Of a stretch of DNA of 64,000 nt, positions 54,901-64,000 are shown piece by piece. A program made the translations under genes and the position numbers. Each line of letters starts with the position of its first letter. Position 1 is the stretch's first letter. The stretch comes from a virus. The DNA lies in IMG/VR virus record IMGVR_UViG_3300028384_000673, positions 45,352 through 109,351 of that record; one strand, given 5' to 3'. The notes below the pieces were generated by a model, which was not told the origin of the DNA, did no database searches, and was given only the letters and a program-made list of their open reading frames with translations.

Positions 54901-57900
54901 ATTGTGTTCGATTACTTTATCCATGAAGCGTCTGGTGACTATTTCTCTAACCAATCTTACACTGGTATTGGATTCTCTGAGATTCCTAAGTATCGTACCG
55001 AGCGCAACACTCAGTTTCTGACTGACGGTGTTGACTTCCGTCCTGGTGTTGGTGAACTTGCATCTGGTTCTGGTACTGTTGAGCAACCTTACTTTACTAA
55101 TTGTAAGTCTCTTGACTTTGATTCTCGTGTCTTTACTTCTACTGGTGGTGCTGGTGGTTCTACTATCTTCAACATCCCCAAGGTAGAAGAAGAGTTCCGT
55201 TGTGACTATGAATACTATCTGCCACGTCAGGACAAACTGTTCATGACGCATGATGGTGATCTGAAACTGTCTATGGGTGTTCCTAATGAAGATCCCCCAG
55301 AAGCAGACAACATCGACAACGCTATGTTGCTCGCTAAGATTCAATATGAACCTTACGTTTACGATGTAGAAGAAGATATTCTGATCACCCTGCACCAGCA
55401 GCGTCGTTACACGATGGAAGACATCGGTAATATGGATCGCCGCTTGCAGTCCCTGGAATACTACACCTCTCTGTCACTGCTTGAAGCAGATGCTAGAAAC
55501 GTTAGAGCATACGATGGTGATGGTTTCGACAGATTGAAGAATGGATTCTTAGTGGATGACTTCACCGACCACTCAACATCAGCAGTCGATGATGATGACT
55601 ATAAGTGCTCTCTCGACTTTACTGAGGGTGTGCTGCGTCCTTCTCACTTCACTGAGAACATTTCTTTGGAATTTAACGCTACGGATTCCAGCAATGTTAT
55701 TGACCATAATACTCGTTCTCTGCGTCGTGGTAAGTCTGGTGCAAACATCCTGACTCTTCCATATGAAGAGGAAGCAATTATTAAACAACCATACGCTTCT
55801 CGTATGGAGAACGTTAACCCGTTCAACGTATTTACCTTCATTGGTCGTATCGACCTTCTTCCTGCATCCGATGACTGGACCGACACCCGTCGTGTTCCTG
55901 CTCGTGTGACTAGTATTGAAGGTAACTTCCAAGCAACTCGTCGTAGATTTAGAACTAACAGAAGAGGTTTTGCTCCTGTTCAGTGGCGTGCTTGGAGAAC
56001 TGCTTGGACTGGTACTAGAAGAACTAACGGTCGTGCTTGGAGAGAAACTTCATTCAGTCGTGGTGTACCGAGACGTGTGTTGGCATCGACCACAACTGTT
56101 ACTACTCGTCGTCAGGTTAGATCTGGTACTCGTATTAGAGTGGTTCCAAGAGTGGATAGACGCTCCTTGGGAGATAGCGTGATTGATAGCACGTTTATCC
56201 CATGGATCCGTTCCAGAAACGTCGCCTTCGACGTGGAACGTATCAAGCCGAAGACCAGAATGTATGCATTCTTCGACGGTGATAATGTGATGCAGTACAT
56301 CACCCCCAAACTGATTGAACTGGTTAAGAATTCCTCTGAGGATCCCAAGACCAATGAGACACCTTTTGTTATTGGTGAAACTGTAATCGGTCTGAACTCT
56401 GGTTGTCGTCTGAAAGTTGTTGCACCTAACGACGAACTGACCACCAATCCATATGATGCTCAGAACGCTGCTTTGCCTGACTCTTATGCATCGCAGACTT
56501 CTATCCTGAATGTTGATGTCCAAGAAATGGCACGCCAGACTCGTGGTGGTGCTTATGGTAACATCGCTGTTGGTGAAGTTCTGTTGGGTCGCACTTCTGG
56601 TGCTCGTGCAGTTGTTAAGGATCGCCGTTTGATTTCCGACCTGCTGGGTATTGTGAAGGCAACTTTCTGGATCCCCAACCCCAGAAGAAACTCCAACCCA
56701 CGTTGGGCAACTGGTACTCGTGTTCTGAGATTGACCTCTTCTGAGGAAGATAGCAGACTGCCAGGTGCAGTTGACTCTGCTGCTGAGGCAGAATACAGCG
56801 CAAGAGGTACTCTGAATACTGTTCAAGAAAACATCCTTGCTGTTCGTAACGCTCGTATCGTTCGTGATACTGTTAGAGACAGACGAACTGTTCGTTCTGT
56901 TCGTACTAATACCAGACAGGTTGGTTGGTGGGACCCTCTCGCTCAGTCCTTCCTGCTTGAAGCACAAGGCGGTTCCTTTGTAACTGGTGTTGATATTTTC
57001 TTCGCCACTAAGGACCAAAAGATCCCCATCTCGATGCAGATCCGTCCGATGGAGAATGGTTATCCTACTAAGGACATCCTTCCTTTCTCCGACTGTACTT
57101 TGGTTCCTAGCCAGGTTGAAATCTCTGAGAACGCATCGATTGCGACGAGATTTGAATTCCCTGCACCTGTGTATATTCCTGAGTCCGAAGAACATTGCTT
57201 CGTGCTGTTCTCCGACTCCAATGAATATAAGGTCTGGATTTCTCGTATGGGTGATATTGATATCACTGGTACAAGAACGATCTCCGAACAACCCTACGCT
57301 GGTGTGCTCTTCAAATCACAGAACGCATCTACGTGGACTGCTGACCAGTATGAAGACTTGAAGTTCAATCTGTATAGAGCGAAGTTCAATACTAGTGTGA
57401 CTGGTAGTGCTGTGTTCAACAATGCTGAACTTGGACCTGGTAATGATGGTCTTGCCTCTTTGGTTAATAACCCTCTCACTACTATTCAACCAAAGCAAGA
57501 ACTAACTCTTGCGACTGGTCAAACTTATGCGTTCACTGTTGGTGCTCGTATTATTCAGACTCCTTCCAATGCTCAGGCAACGGTTCTGGAATTTGATTCA
57601 ACTGCTAACCCTCAGAAATTAACTATTACAGATATCACTGGTGTTTTCACTCAGGGTATTGTTGACAATAGTAACAATATTACTAACGGTTTGAAGTCTT
57701 CTCAGTCTACTGTGACTTTGGTTATGTCTGCTGTAAACAACGGTAGTTTTGAAGTTGGAGATGTGATCACTGGTTCTTCTTCTGGTGCAACTGCAACTAT
57801 TACTGCATACGATAGTGCTACAACTACTATCACTGCCAACTATGTTGACAAGCAGTTTAGTGTTGCTAACGACACCCTTTCCGAACCAGGTGGTGTGTCT

Positions 57901-59361
57901 GGTACTATTTCTTCTGCTGCTTACTCTGGGGACTCTTATGTTGGATATCCTGCATCTCAACCTACCGTAAGAACGATTGATAAAAAGATCTCTGTATACC
58001 ATCCTAATCATGGTATGCACAACCGTTCTAATAATGTTGAAATTAAGAACGTTGAGTCGGAAGTTCCCGATACTACTCTTACAACTAACCTGTCTACCTC
58101 TGCAACTACGATTTCGGTTGCTAATGCTGGTTCCTTCCATAAGATAATCAACGGTAGACCTGTGAGTACCACTAACCCTGGTTATATTATGATCGTGGGA
58201 GAAGAAGAAAAAGCAACTGGTCTCAGACCTCCGACTCCTCCTGGTGGTGATGACGATGCTACTGAGGCATGGCGTTGTGTGATGCACGTTATTGAGAGAA
58301 AAGAGATCATCGCTTATTCTGCTATCTCTGATAATGGTAAGGAAATTACTGTTGCTCCTTCTGGACGTGGTATTGTATCCAATGTTATGAATACTGGTTC
58401 CGCCCAAGTTTGGGCTGCTGAAACTACCGTTAAGTGCTATAATCTTGATGGTATTCCTTTGACTGAGATTAACAAAGTTCACACTGCTATTGGAGATCCA
58501 ACCTTAGATTCCTATACGCTACAAACTCAATCAGTTGCTAGCGTTGGTATTGTGACTGGTGGTCCAAATGTTTCTGCTTCACAGAACGTTCCATTTGAAC
58601 TAATTACACCAACTATTCAGATTCTCCAATTTAAGGAGACTGATATTTCTCCTTCACTGAATACCACATCTGGCACTTCTGTCGGTGATGGTGGACAGAT
58701 CGTTGATCAAGCATCGTTTGTTAATAACGGTACTTACGACGAAATTCAGTTAAATGAAGAGAACTACTACGATAACCCCAGAATTATCTGCTCTCAGATT
58801 AATGAAGCAAATAAACTGGAAGGTTCTAAATCGTTGACTCTCAGAATCAACATGAAGACCGAGAAAGAGAATCTCACTCCCGTGATTGATCTTGATCGTG
58901 TTTCTGTCATTACTACCTCTAACCGAGTGAACAAGTGGCCAGGTGGTCAGCAAGTATTGGGTCTCCAATCCGAGATTGATACTAGTGCTGATGTTTCTCT
59001 CTTGCCGAAGGGTGATCAAAATGAAGCAGTATATCTGACGAAGGTTGCAAAACTTGCTAACACTTCTAGGTCTATTCGCCTCATGATCGCCATGCAGAGA
59101 TATGGTGATTCCAGCATCGACGTTTACTATCGTACTCAGAAACCTGGTTCCGATAAGGCAATGGAAGAAGTTGGATTCATTAAGGTCCCTGTACCTGAGG
59201 TTGGATCTGATAATATTGGTGAGGAAGAATGGGAAGACTTTGAATACACGGTTGAAGGTCAGGAGTTCCAAGCATTCCAGATCAAGATCGTAATGAAGTC
59301 TAAGAACCAAGCAAAAGTTCCTCTCATCAAAGACCTCCGTGCCATTGCATTTGCTTCATGA
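51922..59361 (+). CDS. Large virion structural protein (2479 aa; DUF4815/VrlC-like)
   Basis: NLNIAPYFDDFDKDKNFYRVLFRPGYPIQARELTTMQSILQNQI start, DPLAQSF, YAGVLFKSQNASTWT and PLIKDLRAIA end. Confidence 0.85.
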   Translation: MPQNTNLNIAPYFDDFDKDKNFYRVLFRPGYPIQARELTTMQSILQNQIEAMGQHLFKEGAMVIPGQVGYDLNVDCILIQQSFLGVDVETYRTQLTGKIVEGLTTGIKAKVLYSIPATTSSRGYVTFYIKYVESGDTTSDVTTKKFQNNEQLIAEDEITFGNSLIEIGSPFAQLLPVNSTEIGSTAYISEGVYFIRGHFVDIQSAYIILEQYDNNPSYRVGFEVSESIITPEDDPSLTDNAIGSSNYSAPGAHRFRIKTQLVKKPIDDDTDKNFIELLRIRNSTVENFVDRTEYNEIEKSIARRTFETHGDYVVDTFDVRAREHLNDQFNNGVYLPGDTSPAGQVASENYCALEVGPGKAYVKGYRTSLLASTYVDSPKPRTFVGRNNQIIPIDLSQNVEVYDIWGWPRISGEGVTHCYQVVDLRDNWLGTGASNTAQGNLIGKARVVQLEKDGSKYNLFLFDMQMFTAINFASSQSLIDGEVIVGRSSGARGYVHSATADYAMLHQVSGRFQVGEVIERDGRVLDTCSAVYTYEQSDVRQVVGYDTPTGSTVIFTASLALNESVALSGKTITVDKANDITGFGTAFAADLRPGDVISPVATDNKGSTSLRVTRIDATNIGYTTSNRKTSGTTAVFDFGLQEAKLDSSLEKNGASISNSEFPATQFARLRPVFNQKNTRDGELVIDMPKKAIKSISDESFVSMRTFANKQLSSGDVSFTLPENEQFTTLDGENYILTIETGSNTNTGYGWNPGTVLDIEAESEKQTPTITVTFGANRQSLQVTGINGGSGGTANISRVTLTAAVSVNTVSKKIKTAAKMRTMKVIRTRNQNDVLNYGLSYGNLYGTRIEDEEISFALNDVYKLHAVYESEDENDAQVPYLTLTENVFFDNGSVIVGRTSNARGRVVSFNSNNNRLFIVPLSAEFFQTGETIDGFDDDLNKLVGVIEDGDGSIEKGSRDITGNFTLDANITPYYYGVSKVLRKPGTSEPKRKLAIVFDYFIHEASGDYFSNQSYTGIGFSEIPKYRTERNTQFLTDGVDFRPGVGELASGSGTVEQPYFTNCKSLDFDSRVFTSTGGAGGSTIFNIPKVEEEFRCDYEYYLPRQDKLFMTHDGDLKLSMGVPNEDPPEADNIDNAMLLAKIQYEPYVYDVEEDILITLHQQRRYTMEDIGNMDRRLQSLEYYTSLSLLEADARNVRAYDGDGFDRLKNGFLVDDFTDHSTSAVDDDDYKCSLDFTEGVLRPSHFTENISLEFNATDSSNVIDHNTRSLRRGKSGANILTLPYEEEAIIKQPYASRMENVNPFNVFTFIGRIDLLPASDDWTDTRRVPARVTSIEGNFQATRRRFRTNRRGFAPVQWRAWRTAWTGTRRTNGRAWRETSFSRGVPRRVLASTTTVTTRRQVRSGTRIRVVPRVDRRSLGDSVIDSTFIPWIRSRNVAFDVERIKPKTRMYAFFDGDNVMQYITPKLIELVKNSSEDPKTNETPFVIGETVIGLNSGCRLKVVAPNDELTTNPYDAQNAALPDSYASQTSILNVDVQEMARQTRGGAYGNIAVGEVLLGRTSGARAVVKDRRLISDLLGIVKATFWIPNPRRNSNPRWATGTRVLRLTSSEEDSRLPGAVDSAAEAEYSARGTLNTVQENILAVRNARIVRDTVRDRRTVRSVRTNTRQVGWWDPLAQSFLLEAQGGSFVTGVDIFFATKDQKIPISMQIRPMENGYPTKDILPFSDCTLVPSQVEISENASIATRFEFPAPVYIPESEEHCFVLFSDSNEYKVWISRMGDIDITGTRTISEQPYAGVLFKSQNASTWTADQYEDLKFNLYRAKFNTSVTGSAVFNNAELGPGNDGLASLVNNPLTTIQPKQELTLATGQTYAFTVGARIIQTPSNAQATVLEFDSTANPQKLTITDITGVFTQGIVDNSNNITNGLKSSQSTVTLVMSAVNNGSFEVGDVITGSSSGATATITAYDSATTTITANYVDKQFSVANDTLSEPGGVSGTISSAAYSGDSYVGYPASQPTVRTIDKKISVYHPNHGMHNRSNNVEIKNVESEVPDTTLTTNLSTSATTISVANAGSFHKIINGRPVSTTNPGYIMIVGEEEKATGLRPPTPPGGDDDATEAWRCVMHVIERKEIIAYSAISDNGKEITVAPSGRGIVSNVMNTGSAQVWAAETTVKCYNLDGIPLTEINKVHTAIGDPTLDSYTLQTQSVASVGIVTGGPNVSASQNVPFELITPTIQILQFKETDISPSLNTTSGTSVGDGGQIVDQASFVNNGTYDEIQLNEENYYDNPRIICSQINEANKLEGSKSLTLRINMKTEKENLTPVIDLDRVSVITTSNRVNKWPGGQQVLGLQSEIDTSADVSLLPKGDQNEAVYLTKVAKLANTSRSIRLMIAMQRYGDSSIDVYYRTQKPGSDKAMEEVGFIKVPVPEVGSDNIGEEEWEDFEYTVEGQEFQAFQIKIVMKSKNQAKVPLIKDLRAIAFAS

Positions 59362-59615
59362 CATTTGATGGAAAGAAATTCATCCCCGTTGAAGGGGACG
59401 AAAACAAAGGTTATTATCGAGATACCGATTCAAATGCTATCGTGTATCGTGATGATGATGAATACGATAAATATATGCAGTCGTACAACGAACGGCAGCG
59501 AAAGAAGCAGGAGTTTGTCTCTTTACAAGACGAGGTATCTGGACTAAAATCAGAGATCTCAGAAGTAAAGAACCTGCTGAGTGCTCTAACTGACTTTATT
59601 AAGGAGAAAAAATGA
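59358..59615 (+). CDS. Small coiled-coil hypothetical protein (85 aa)
   Basis: ATGA overlap; YYRDTDSNAIV followed by a coiled coil. Confidence 0.7.
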   Translation: MTFDGKKFIPVEGDENKGYYRDTDSNAIVYRDDDEYDKYMQSYNERQRKKQEFVSLQDEVSGLKSEISEVKNLLSALTDFIKEKK

Positions 59616-59833
59616 CCGCTGATGTGACTGAACAGCAATCCCCGAGTGAATTGCTGGATGGATTCAAGACTCGTTATCAAAATTTGCTCAATGAGAATAA
59701 AGAACTCGCAGCAAAGATCAAAGAAAACGAAACTACCGCACTGAAACTCTTGGGAGCAATCGAGACTCTCGATTATCTGTATCCTCATACACCCGAAGGT
59801 CAAGCAGAAGCGGAAGAACAAACCGAAGAATGA
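59612..59833 (+). CDS. Small coiled-coil hypothetical protein (73 aa)
   Basis: ATGA overlap; LKLLGAIETL. Confidence 0.7.
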   Translation: MTADVTEQQSPSELLDGFKTRYQNLLNENKELAAKIKENETTALKLLGAIETLDYLYPHTPEGQAEAEEQTEE

Positions 59834-59836
59834 TAC

Positions 59837-59865
59837 AAGAGGACCTTCGGGTCCTCTTTTGTTTT
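59837..59865 (+). terminator. Rho-independent terminator with a cUUCGg tetraloop
   Basis: AAGAGGACC-TTCG-GGTCCTCTT followed by TTGTTTT. Confidence 0.88.
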
Positions 59866-59868
59866 ATC

Positions 59869-59876
59869 TATAAATA
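59869..59876 (+). promoter_or_regulatory. Perfect T4 late promoter
   Basis: TATAAATA immediately after the terminator, upstream of the fibre ATG. Confidence 0.8.
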
Positions 59877-59914
59877 GACAAAGAGACATCTGACCCTGCT
59901 AGCGTTCATAAGCA

Positions 59915-62900
59915 ATGGCAAATAGAATCCAATTAAGACGTGACGGCGCTCAGCAGTGGGCAAACGTCAACCCCATCCTCGCCCAAGGCGAACTTGGTAT
60001 TGAACTCGATACCTCTCGTCTGAAAATGGGTGATGGTGTTACGCCGTGGAACTCACTTAAATACGAGCGACCACTCGAAACTGAGTCGAACACCGCTGAC
60101 ACTCTGGTAAAGAGAGATGCTGACGGTAACTTTGAAGCGGGTGCCATTACTGCTTCGCTTATTGGTAATGCTGCAACAGCAACTCGTCTTGCCAACGCTC
60201 GTAGTTTCACCCTGACGGGTGACATGAGTGGTACTGCTAGTTTTGATGGTTCTGCCAACATCAACATCACGGCAGAACTGAACTATCAACCAGGTCTTCC
60301 ACACTATGATGCTGAGGATCTGACTGCAACTGGTGTATATACGCAGTTGACTATTGACTCTCGTGGTCGTGTTGTTACTGGTGGTAACCCAACAACTCTG
60401 GCAGGGTATGGGATTACTGACGCTCAGGAGATCAACACAACTCTGACCAATATTGCTTCTCTGAGCACTACTGGCATCATCGTTCGTTCTGGTGCTGCCA
60501 CTGTTATTACTAGAAATATTACTGGACAACCTGGTCAGTTGGTTGTAAGTAATGGCGATGCTGTTAGTGCCAACCCTCTGATCGGTCTTGCTGATACCCC
60601 TGTTGTGGTTGGATCTTACAACCCGACTGGTTCTGTATCTCTGGATCAACCAGAAACTTCTGTTGCTGAATCTGGTTCTATTCACCAGACTGTTAACACC
60701 ACTGAGTTTACTGTTGACAGATATGGTCGTTTGACTTATGCCCAGACTGCACCTATCTCTACTGCAAGAGAGGGTACTCTGGCACCCCTTTATAATAATG
60801 CTACTGCATACGTTCGGTATGACAAAGTTAAAGGTACGAATGATCGCCTGTATGAGGCTATCCTTGATATTAACGCTGGCGGCGGTGAACCGACACACAC
60901 AGAGCGTGGTGTTGATAACCTGCAACTGCAAAACAATCGTATTGGTTTCGCTGACGGTAATACCGTTGAGAATTTTGAACTTGATCAAGAGCTTACTGCA
61001 ACCACTGGATACAGAGGATTCAATTATCTTAACTACGTTAAAGTTAATGATGAGAGTGGTAATCTTCTGTTTGGCGCTAATAATACAGGGGACAGTGGCG
61101 CTGGTGAGATTGATGTCAACGTCCGTTCCTATTTTTCTGATCCTGATATTACTCTTGATGGAACAGTTACTCAGACACTGGATAAAACTGGGATTGGCAA
61201 CTTAATCTTCCAAACAACTCAGAATGATGCAAACCCCAGATACCTTAGACTCCGTGCCACAAATGCTGGTGCTGGATCAAGTAACATTACTATTGAGGCA
61301 GAAGATTTAGTCCAAATTGATGCCTCCGATGTAAACGGTAAAGTTAAAGTAGAAGGAGTAAGATTCCAAGATAATTACATCGGTACAGGTAATCTGACGT
61401 TGAATCTTGACCCTGGCGATGACCGTGCTGCAACTGGCACCGTTCGTGTCTGGGGTGACCTGCAAGTTGATGGTACAACTACTACCGTTAACAGTGTCAC
61501 GACGACTATCCAAGATCCCATCATCACACTTGGTGGTGAAGATACGTTAACAGTAGATGATAATAAGGATCGTGGTATCGAGTTCAGATACTATGATAGT
61601 CAAGAGAGATTTGGTTTCTTTGGTTGGGATGAAGATTACGCAAACAGCAACATATGGTCTGGCACTGGCGGGTATCGCTTCCTGTACAATGCCACCAACA
61701 CGAATGAAGTTTATGCTGGCACTGACGCTCCTCTCATTGCTGGTAACCTCAGGCTCACGACAAACACAGGATCCACATCTACCACAACTGGCACCCTGGT
61801 AGTCACTGGTGGTGTCGGTATCTCCGAGAACGTCTACATCGGTGGTACTGTTGACATCGCTAATGACTTCGATATCAACTCTGGTGAGTTCACTGTTACT
61901 GCTGCTAACGGTAACATCTATACACAAGGCGACCTGCAAGTTGACAGCAATGTCACCTTGGGTAATGCATCATCTGACACTGTACTGGTCAACTCTGACA
62001 CCACGTTTGAAGACGACGTAAGAGTTGTTGGACCTAACACTGTCTTCTCCATCACTGACGGCACTACTGAGAAGTTTGTCATTGATACTGACAACGGTAA
62101 CATCCATTCGGATGGCACACTTGACGTTGATAGTGGCGTAACATTCAACAGCACGTTGGATGTTGATGGTGCTACAACACTGAACAACACTCTTGATGTT
62201 GATCTGGATGCTACTTTCCACGATGACATTACTCTTGATACCACTGGTAAGTTCTTCAAGATTACTAATGGTGCCGTCGATAAGTTCGTCGTAACCTCCT
62301 CAAATGGTAACACTGATATTCGTGGAACCCTTGATGTAGGCAACGCTGTCCATTTTGAATCTACGCTGCAAGTTGATGGAAACATTACTCTTGGCAATTC
62401 TTCTGGTGATGTCCTTACTATCAATTCGGACACTACTTTCACCGACGATATCACTGTCAACGCAACTGTTGACTTTGACTCTACTCTCAATGTTGATGGT
62501 GCCGTTGATTTCAATAGCACTCTGGTTGTCGATGGTCAGACAACTATCTATGATTCTCTGATTATTGAGAGCGACAATAAAGTCTTTAATATCAACAACG
62601 GTTCTTCTGTAACTCAATTCTCCGTTGACTTTGATAACGGTGCTACAACAATCGGTCGTGTTGGTCAGGGTGGTGTTACTGATGGCAGTCTGACAGTCCA
62701 CGGTGATGTCATTTTCAACCGTGATGTTACCTTTAACAGCGATGCTCTGACATTTGGTGTTAACAACGCTGATGTGTTGACTGTCAACGCAGTCTCCACT
62801 TTTACCGACAGTGTAACAATCAATCAGAATCTGACGGTTGATGGTAACACAGTCGTGGAAGGTAACCTTACCGTCAATGGTTCGACCACTACTATTAATT

Positions 62901-64000
62901 CAACTACTCAGACTCTTGACGATCCTGTCTTCACTCTGGGTGGTGACACTGCACCTATTCAGGCAGATGCCAAAGACCGTGGTATTGAGTTCCGCTATTA
63001 TAGTGGTTCTGCAAAACTTGGTTTCTTTGGTTGGGATAACTCTGCTGGTAGATTCGCAGTATATCATAACGCAACAAATAACGCTGAGGCATTTAACGGT
63101 ACTCGTTCTGGTATTGATGCAGGTAACATTAAACTGTTTGATACCACCAACAGCACAGCAATCTCTAATGGTACTCTGGTAGTTGGCGGTGGCGCTGGTA
63201 TTGGTTATGATCTGAGAGTTGGACAAGATCTTTTCCTGACTCGTAATGCTGACATTGATGGTTCTGTTGATATTGCTAGCACTCTTGACGTTGGCGATGA
63301 CTTCGCTGTATCCAATAAGTTCACAGTTGATTCCCAAACTGGTAACACTTTCGTTGCTGGTACATTTGCTGTTAACGGTAACAGCACTATCGGTAATGCT
63401 GCTACTGACGCTCACACAGTAACTGGTACTGTCCAGTTCAACCAGGCACTGACTGTTGCTGAGAGAGCAAACATTCGTAACCTGAAAATCGGCACAGACG
63501 CTGCTAACGAGATTAGCACCCTGTCTGGTAACCTCATCCTTGACTCCGCTGGCGGCACTGTCAATATCACAGATAATGCTGACGTAGATGGTAACCTCAA
63601 TGTTGATGGCAATACACAGATTGATGGCACGCTCACAGTCAATGGCAACACGACTATTGGTACTGCTTCGAGCGATGCACACGTCATTACAGGTACTGTC
63701 ACCACCAATCAACGCATTACCGCCAACGACGGAATCCACGTCAACGACCTCCGACTTGGCACTACGAACGGAACCAGAGGAGTCTTCGCAGACGGTGGAT
63801 CACTAGTTCTCGACTCTTCTACTAACAACGTAGTCATCAGTGCTAATGCGACTGTTTCTAATGACCTCACAGTTAATGGAAACACTACTATTGGTAATTC
63901 CTCAGTTGACACTCTGACTGTTACTGCAACTAGCACGTTTAGCAATTCTATCACTTCCCAGCAGATCACTGCTAGAAATCTGAAACTTGCAGTTGATGGG
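59915..64000 (+). CDS. Long tail fibre protein, 3'-truncated by the window (>1362 aa; absent from the ORF track)
   Basis: MANRIQLRRDGAQQWANVNPILAQGELGIELDT..KMGDG N-terminus (Mtd-like). The frame was spot-checked as consistent at 60002, 60842, 61442 and 63962. Contains many G-x-L-x-V-x-G beta repeats. Confidence 0.85.
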   Translation, partial: MANRIQLRRDGAQQWANVNPILAQGELGIELDTSRLKMGDGVTPWNSLKYERPLETESNTADTLVKRDADGNFEAGAITASLIGNAATATRLANARSFTLTGDMSGTASFDGSANINITAELNYQPGLPHYDAEDLTATGVYTQLTIDSRGRVVTGGNPTTLAGYGITDAQEINTTLTNIASLSTTGIIVRSGAATVITRNITGQPGQLVVSNGDAVSANPLIGLADTPVVVGSYNPTGSVSLDQPETSVAESGSIHQTVNTTEFTVDRYGRLTYAQTAPISTAREGTLAPLYNNATAYVRYDKVKGTNDRLYEAILDINAGGGEPTHTERGVDNLQLQNNRIGFADGNTVENFELDQELTATTGYRGFNYLNYVKVNDESGNLLFGANNTGDSGAGEIDVNVRSYFSDPDITLDGTVTQTLDKTGIGNLIFQTTQNDANPRYLRLRATNAGAGSSNITIEAEDLVQIDASDVNGKVKVEGVRFQDNYIGTGNLTLNLDPGDDRAATGTVRVWGDLQVDGTTTTVNSVTTTIQDPIITLGGEDTLTVDDNKDRGIEFRYYDSQERFGFFGWDEDYANSNIWSGTGGYRFLYNATNTNEVYAGTDAPLIAGNLRLTTNTGSTSTTTGTLVVTGGVGISENVYIGGTVDIANDFDINSGEFTVTAANGNIYTQGDLQVDSNVTLGNASSDTVLVNSDTTFEDDVRVVGPNTVFSITDGTTEKFVIDTDNGNIHSDGTLDVDSGVTFNSTLDVDGATTLNNTLDVDLDATFHDDITLDTTGKFFKITNGAVDKFVVTSSNGNTDIRGTLDVGNAVHFESTLQVDGNITLGNSSGDVLTINSDTTFTDDITVNATVDFDSTLNVDGAVDFNSTLVVDGQTTIYDSLIIESDNKVFNINNGSSVTQFSVDFDNGATTIGRVGQGGVTDGSLTVHGDVIFNRDVTFNSDALTFGVNNADVLTVNAVSTFTDSVTINQNLTVDGNTVVEGNLTVNGSTTTINSTTQTLDDPVFTLGGDTAPIQADAKDRGIEFRYYSGSAKLGFFGWDNSAGRFAVYHNATNNAEAFNGTRSGIDAGNIKLFDTTNSTAISNGTLVVGGGAGIGYDLRVGQDLFLTRNADIDGSVDIASTLDVGDDFAVSNKFTVDSQTGNTFVAGTFAVNGNSTIGNAATDAHTVTGTVQFNQALTVAERANIRNLKIGTDAANEISTLSGNLILDSAGGTVNITDNADVDGNLNVDGNTQIDGTLTVNGNTTIGTASSDAHVITGTVTTNQRITANDGIHVNDLRLGTTNGTRGVFADGGSLVLDSSTNNVVISANATVSNDLTVNGNTTIGNSSVDTLTVTATSTFSNSITSQQITARNLKLAVDG

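Noticed and set aside
24758-59361. Inteins, introns or homing endonucleases in the giant ORFs
   Set aside because: I recognised no intein splice motifs and no LAGLIDADG, HNH or GIY-YIG motifs; the frames are continuous.
61460-63037. Fibre duplication as the template/variable repeat pair of a diversity-generating retroelement
   Set aside because: Both copies are in-frame coding sequence, differences are not confined to adenines, and no reverse transcriptase is in the window.
1-64000. tRNA, rRNA or classical photosynthesis genes (psbA, hli, cpeT, pebS)
   Set aside because: I recognised no cloverleaf, rRNA-like sequence or such protein motifs by eye; a tRNAscan-SE run would be needed to exclude tRNAs formally.

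Overview
This window is a 64-kb segment of a T4-like cyanomyovirus (marine Synechococcus/Prochlorococcus myophage type) genome, and every credible gene is on the + strand. It has three parts. (1) 1-14.2 kb is an accessory island. It holds the 3' end of a flavin-dependent tryptophan-halogenase-like gene, ten genes carrying eleven 2OG-Fe(II) oxygenase/JmjC domains, an SF2 helicase, a lysozyme-like gene, a nuclease-like gene and many small ORFs. These are organised by a repeated palindrome-plus-promoter element. (2) 14.2-15.45 kb is gene-poor, with four DnaA-box-like 9-mers, 10-bp tandem repeats and a C-to-G skew switch, and is a candidate replication origin. (3) 15.45-64 kb is the late structural module with T4-type late promoters: NlpC/P60, a 1394-aa virion protein, a PAAR-like protein, gp25, gp6, a 6857-aa gp7-like protein, a YHYH protein, a gp9/10-like protein with a cupredoxin-like C-terminus, gp8, a 2479-aa virion protein and a tail fibre that runs off the end. 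The most striking observation is a tandem array of phycobiliprotein-like helical repeats in the 6857-aa protein (about 37.2-42.3 kb). These retain motifs matching both bilin-attachment cysteine sites of phycocyanin (alpha84/beta82-like C-x-R-D and beta155-like C-x10-F-D), which suggests a possibly chromophorylated virion protein. All family assignments come from motif recognition by eye and recalled family consensus; no database searches were run.
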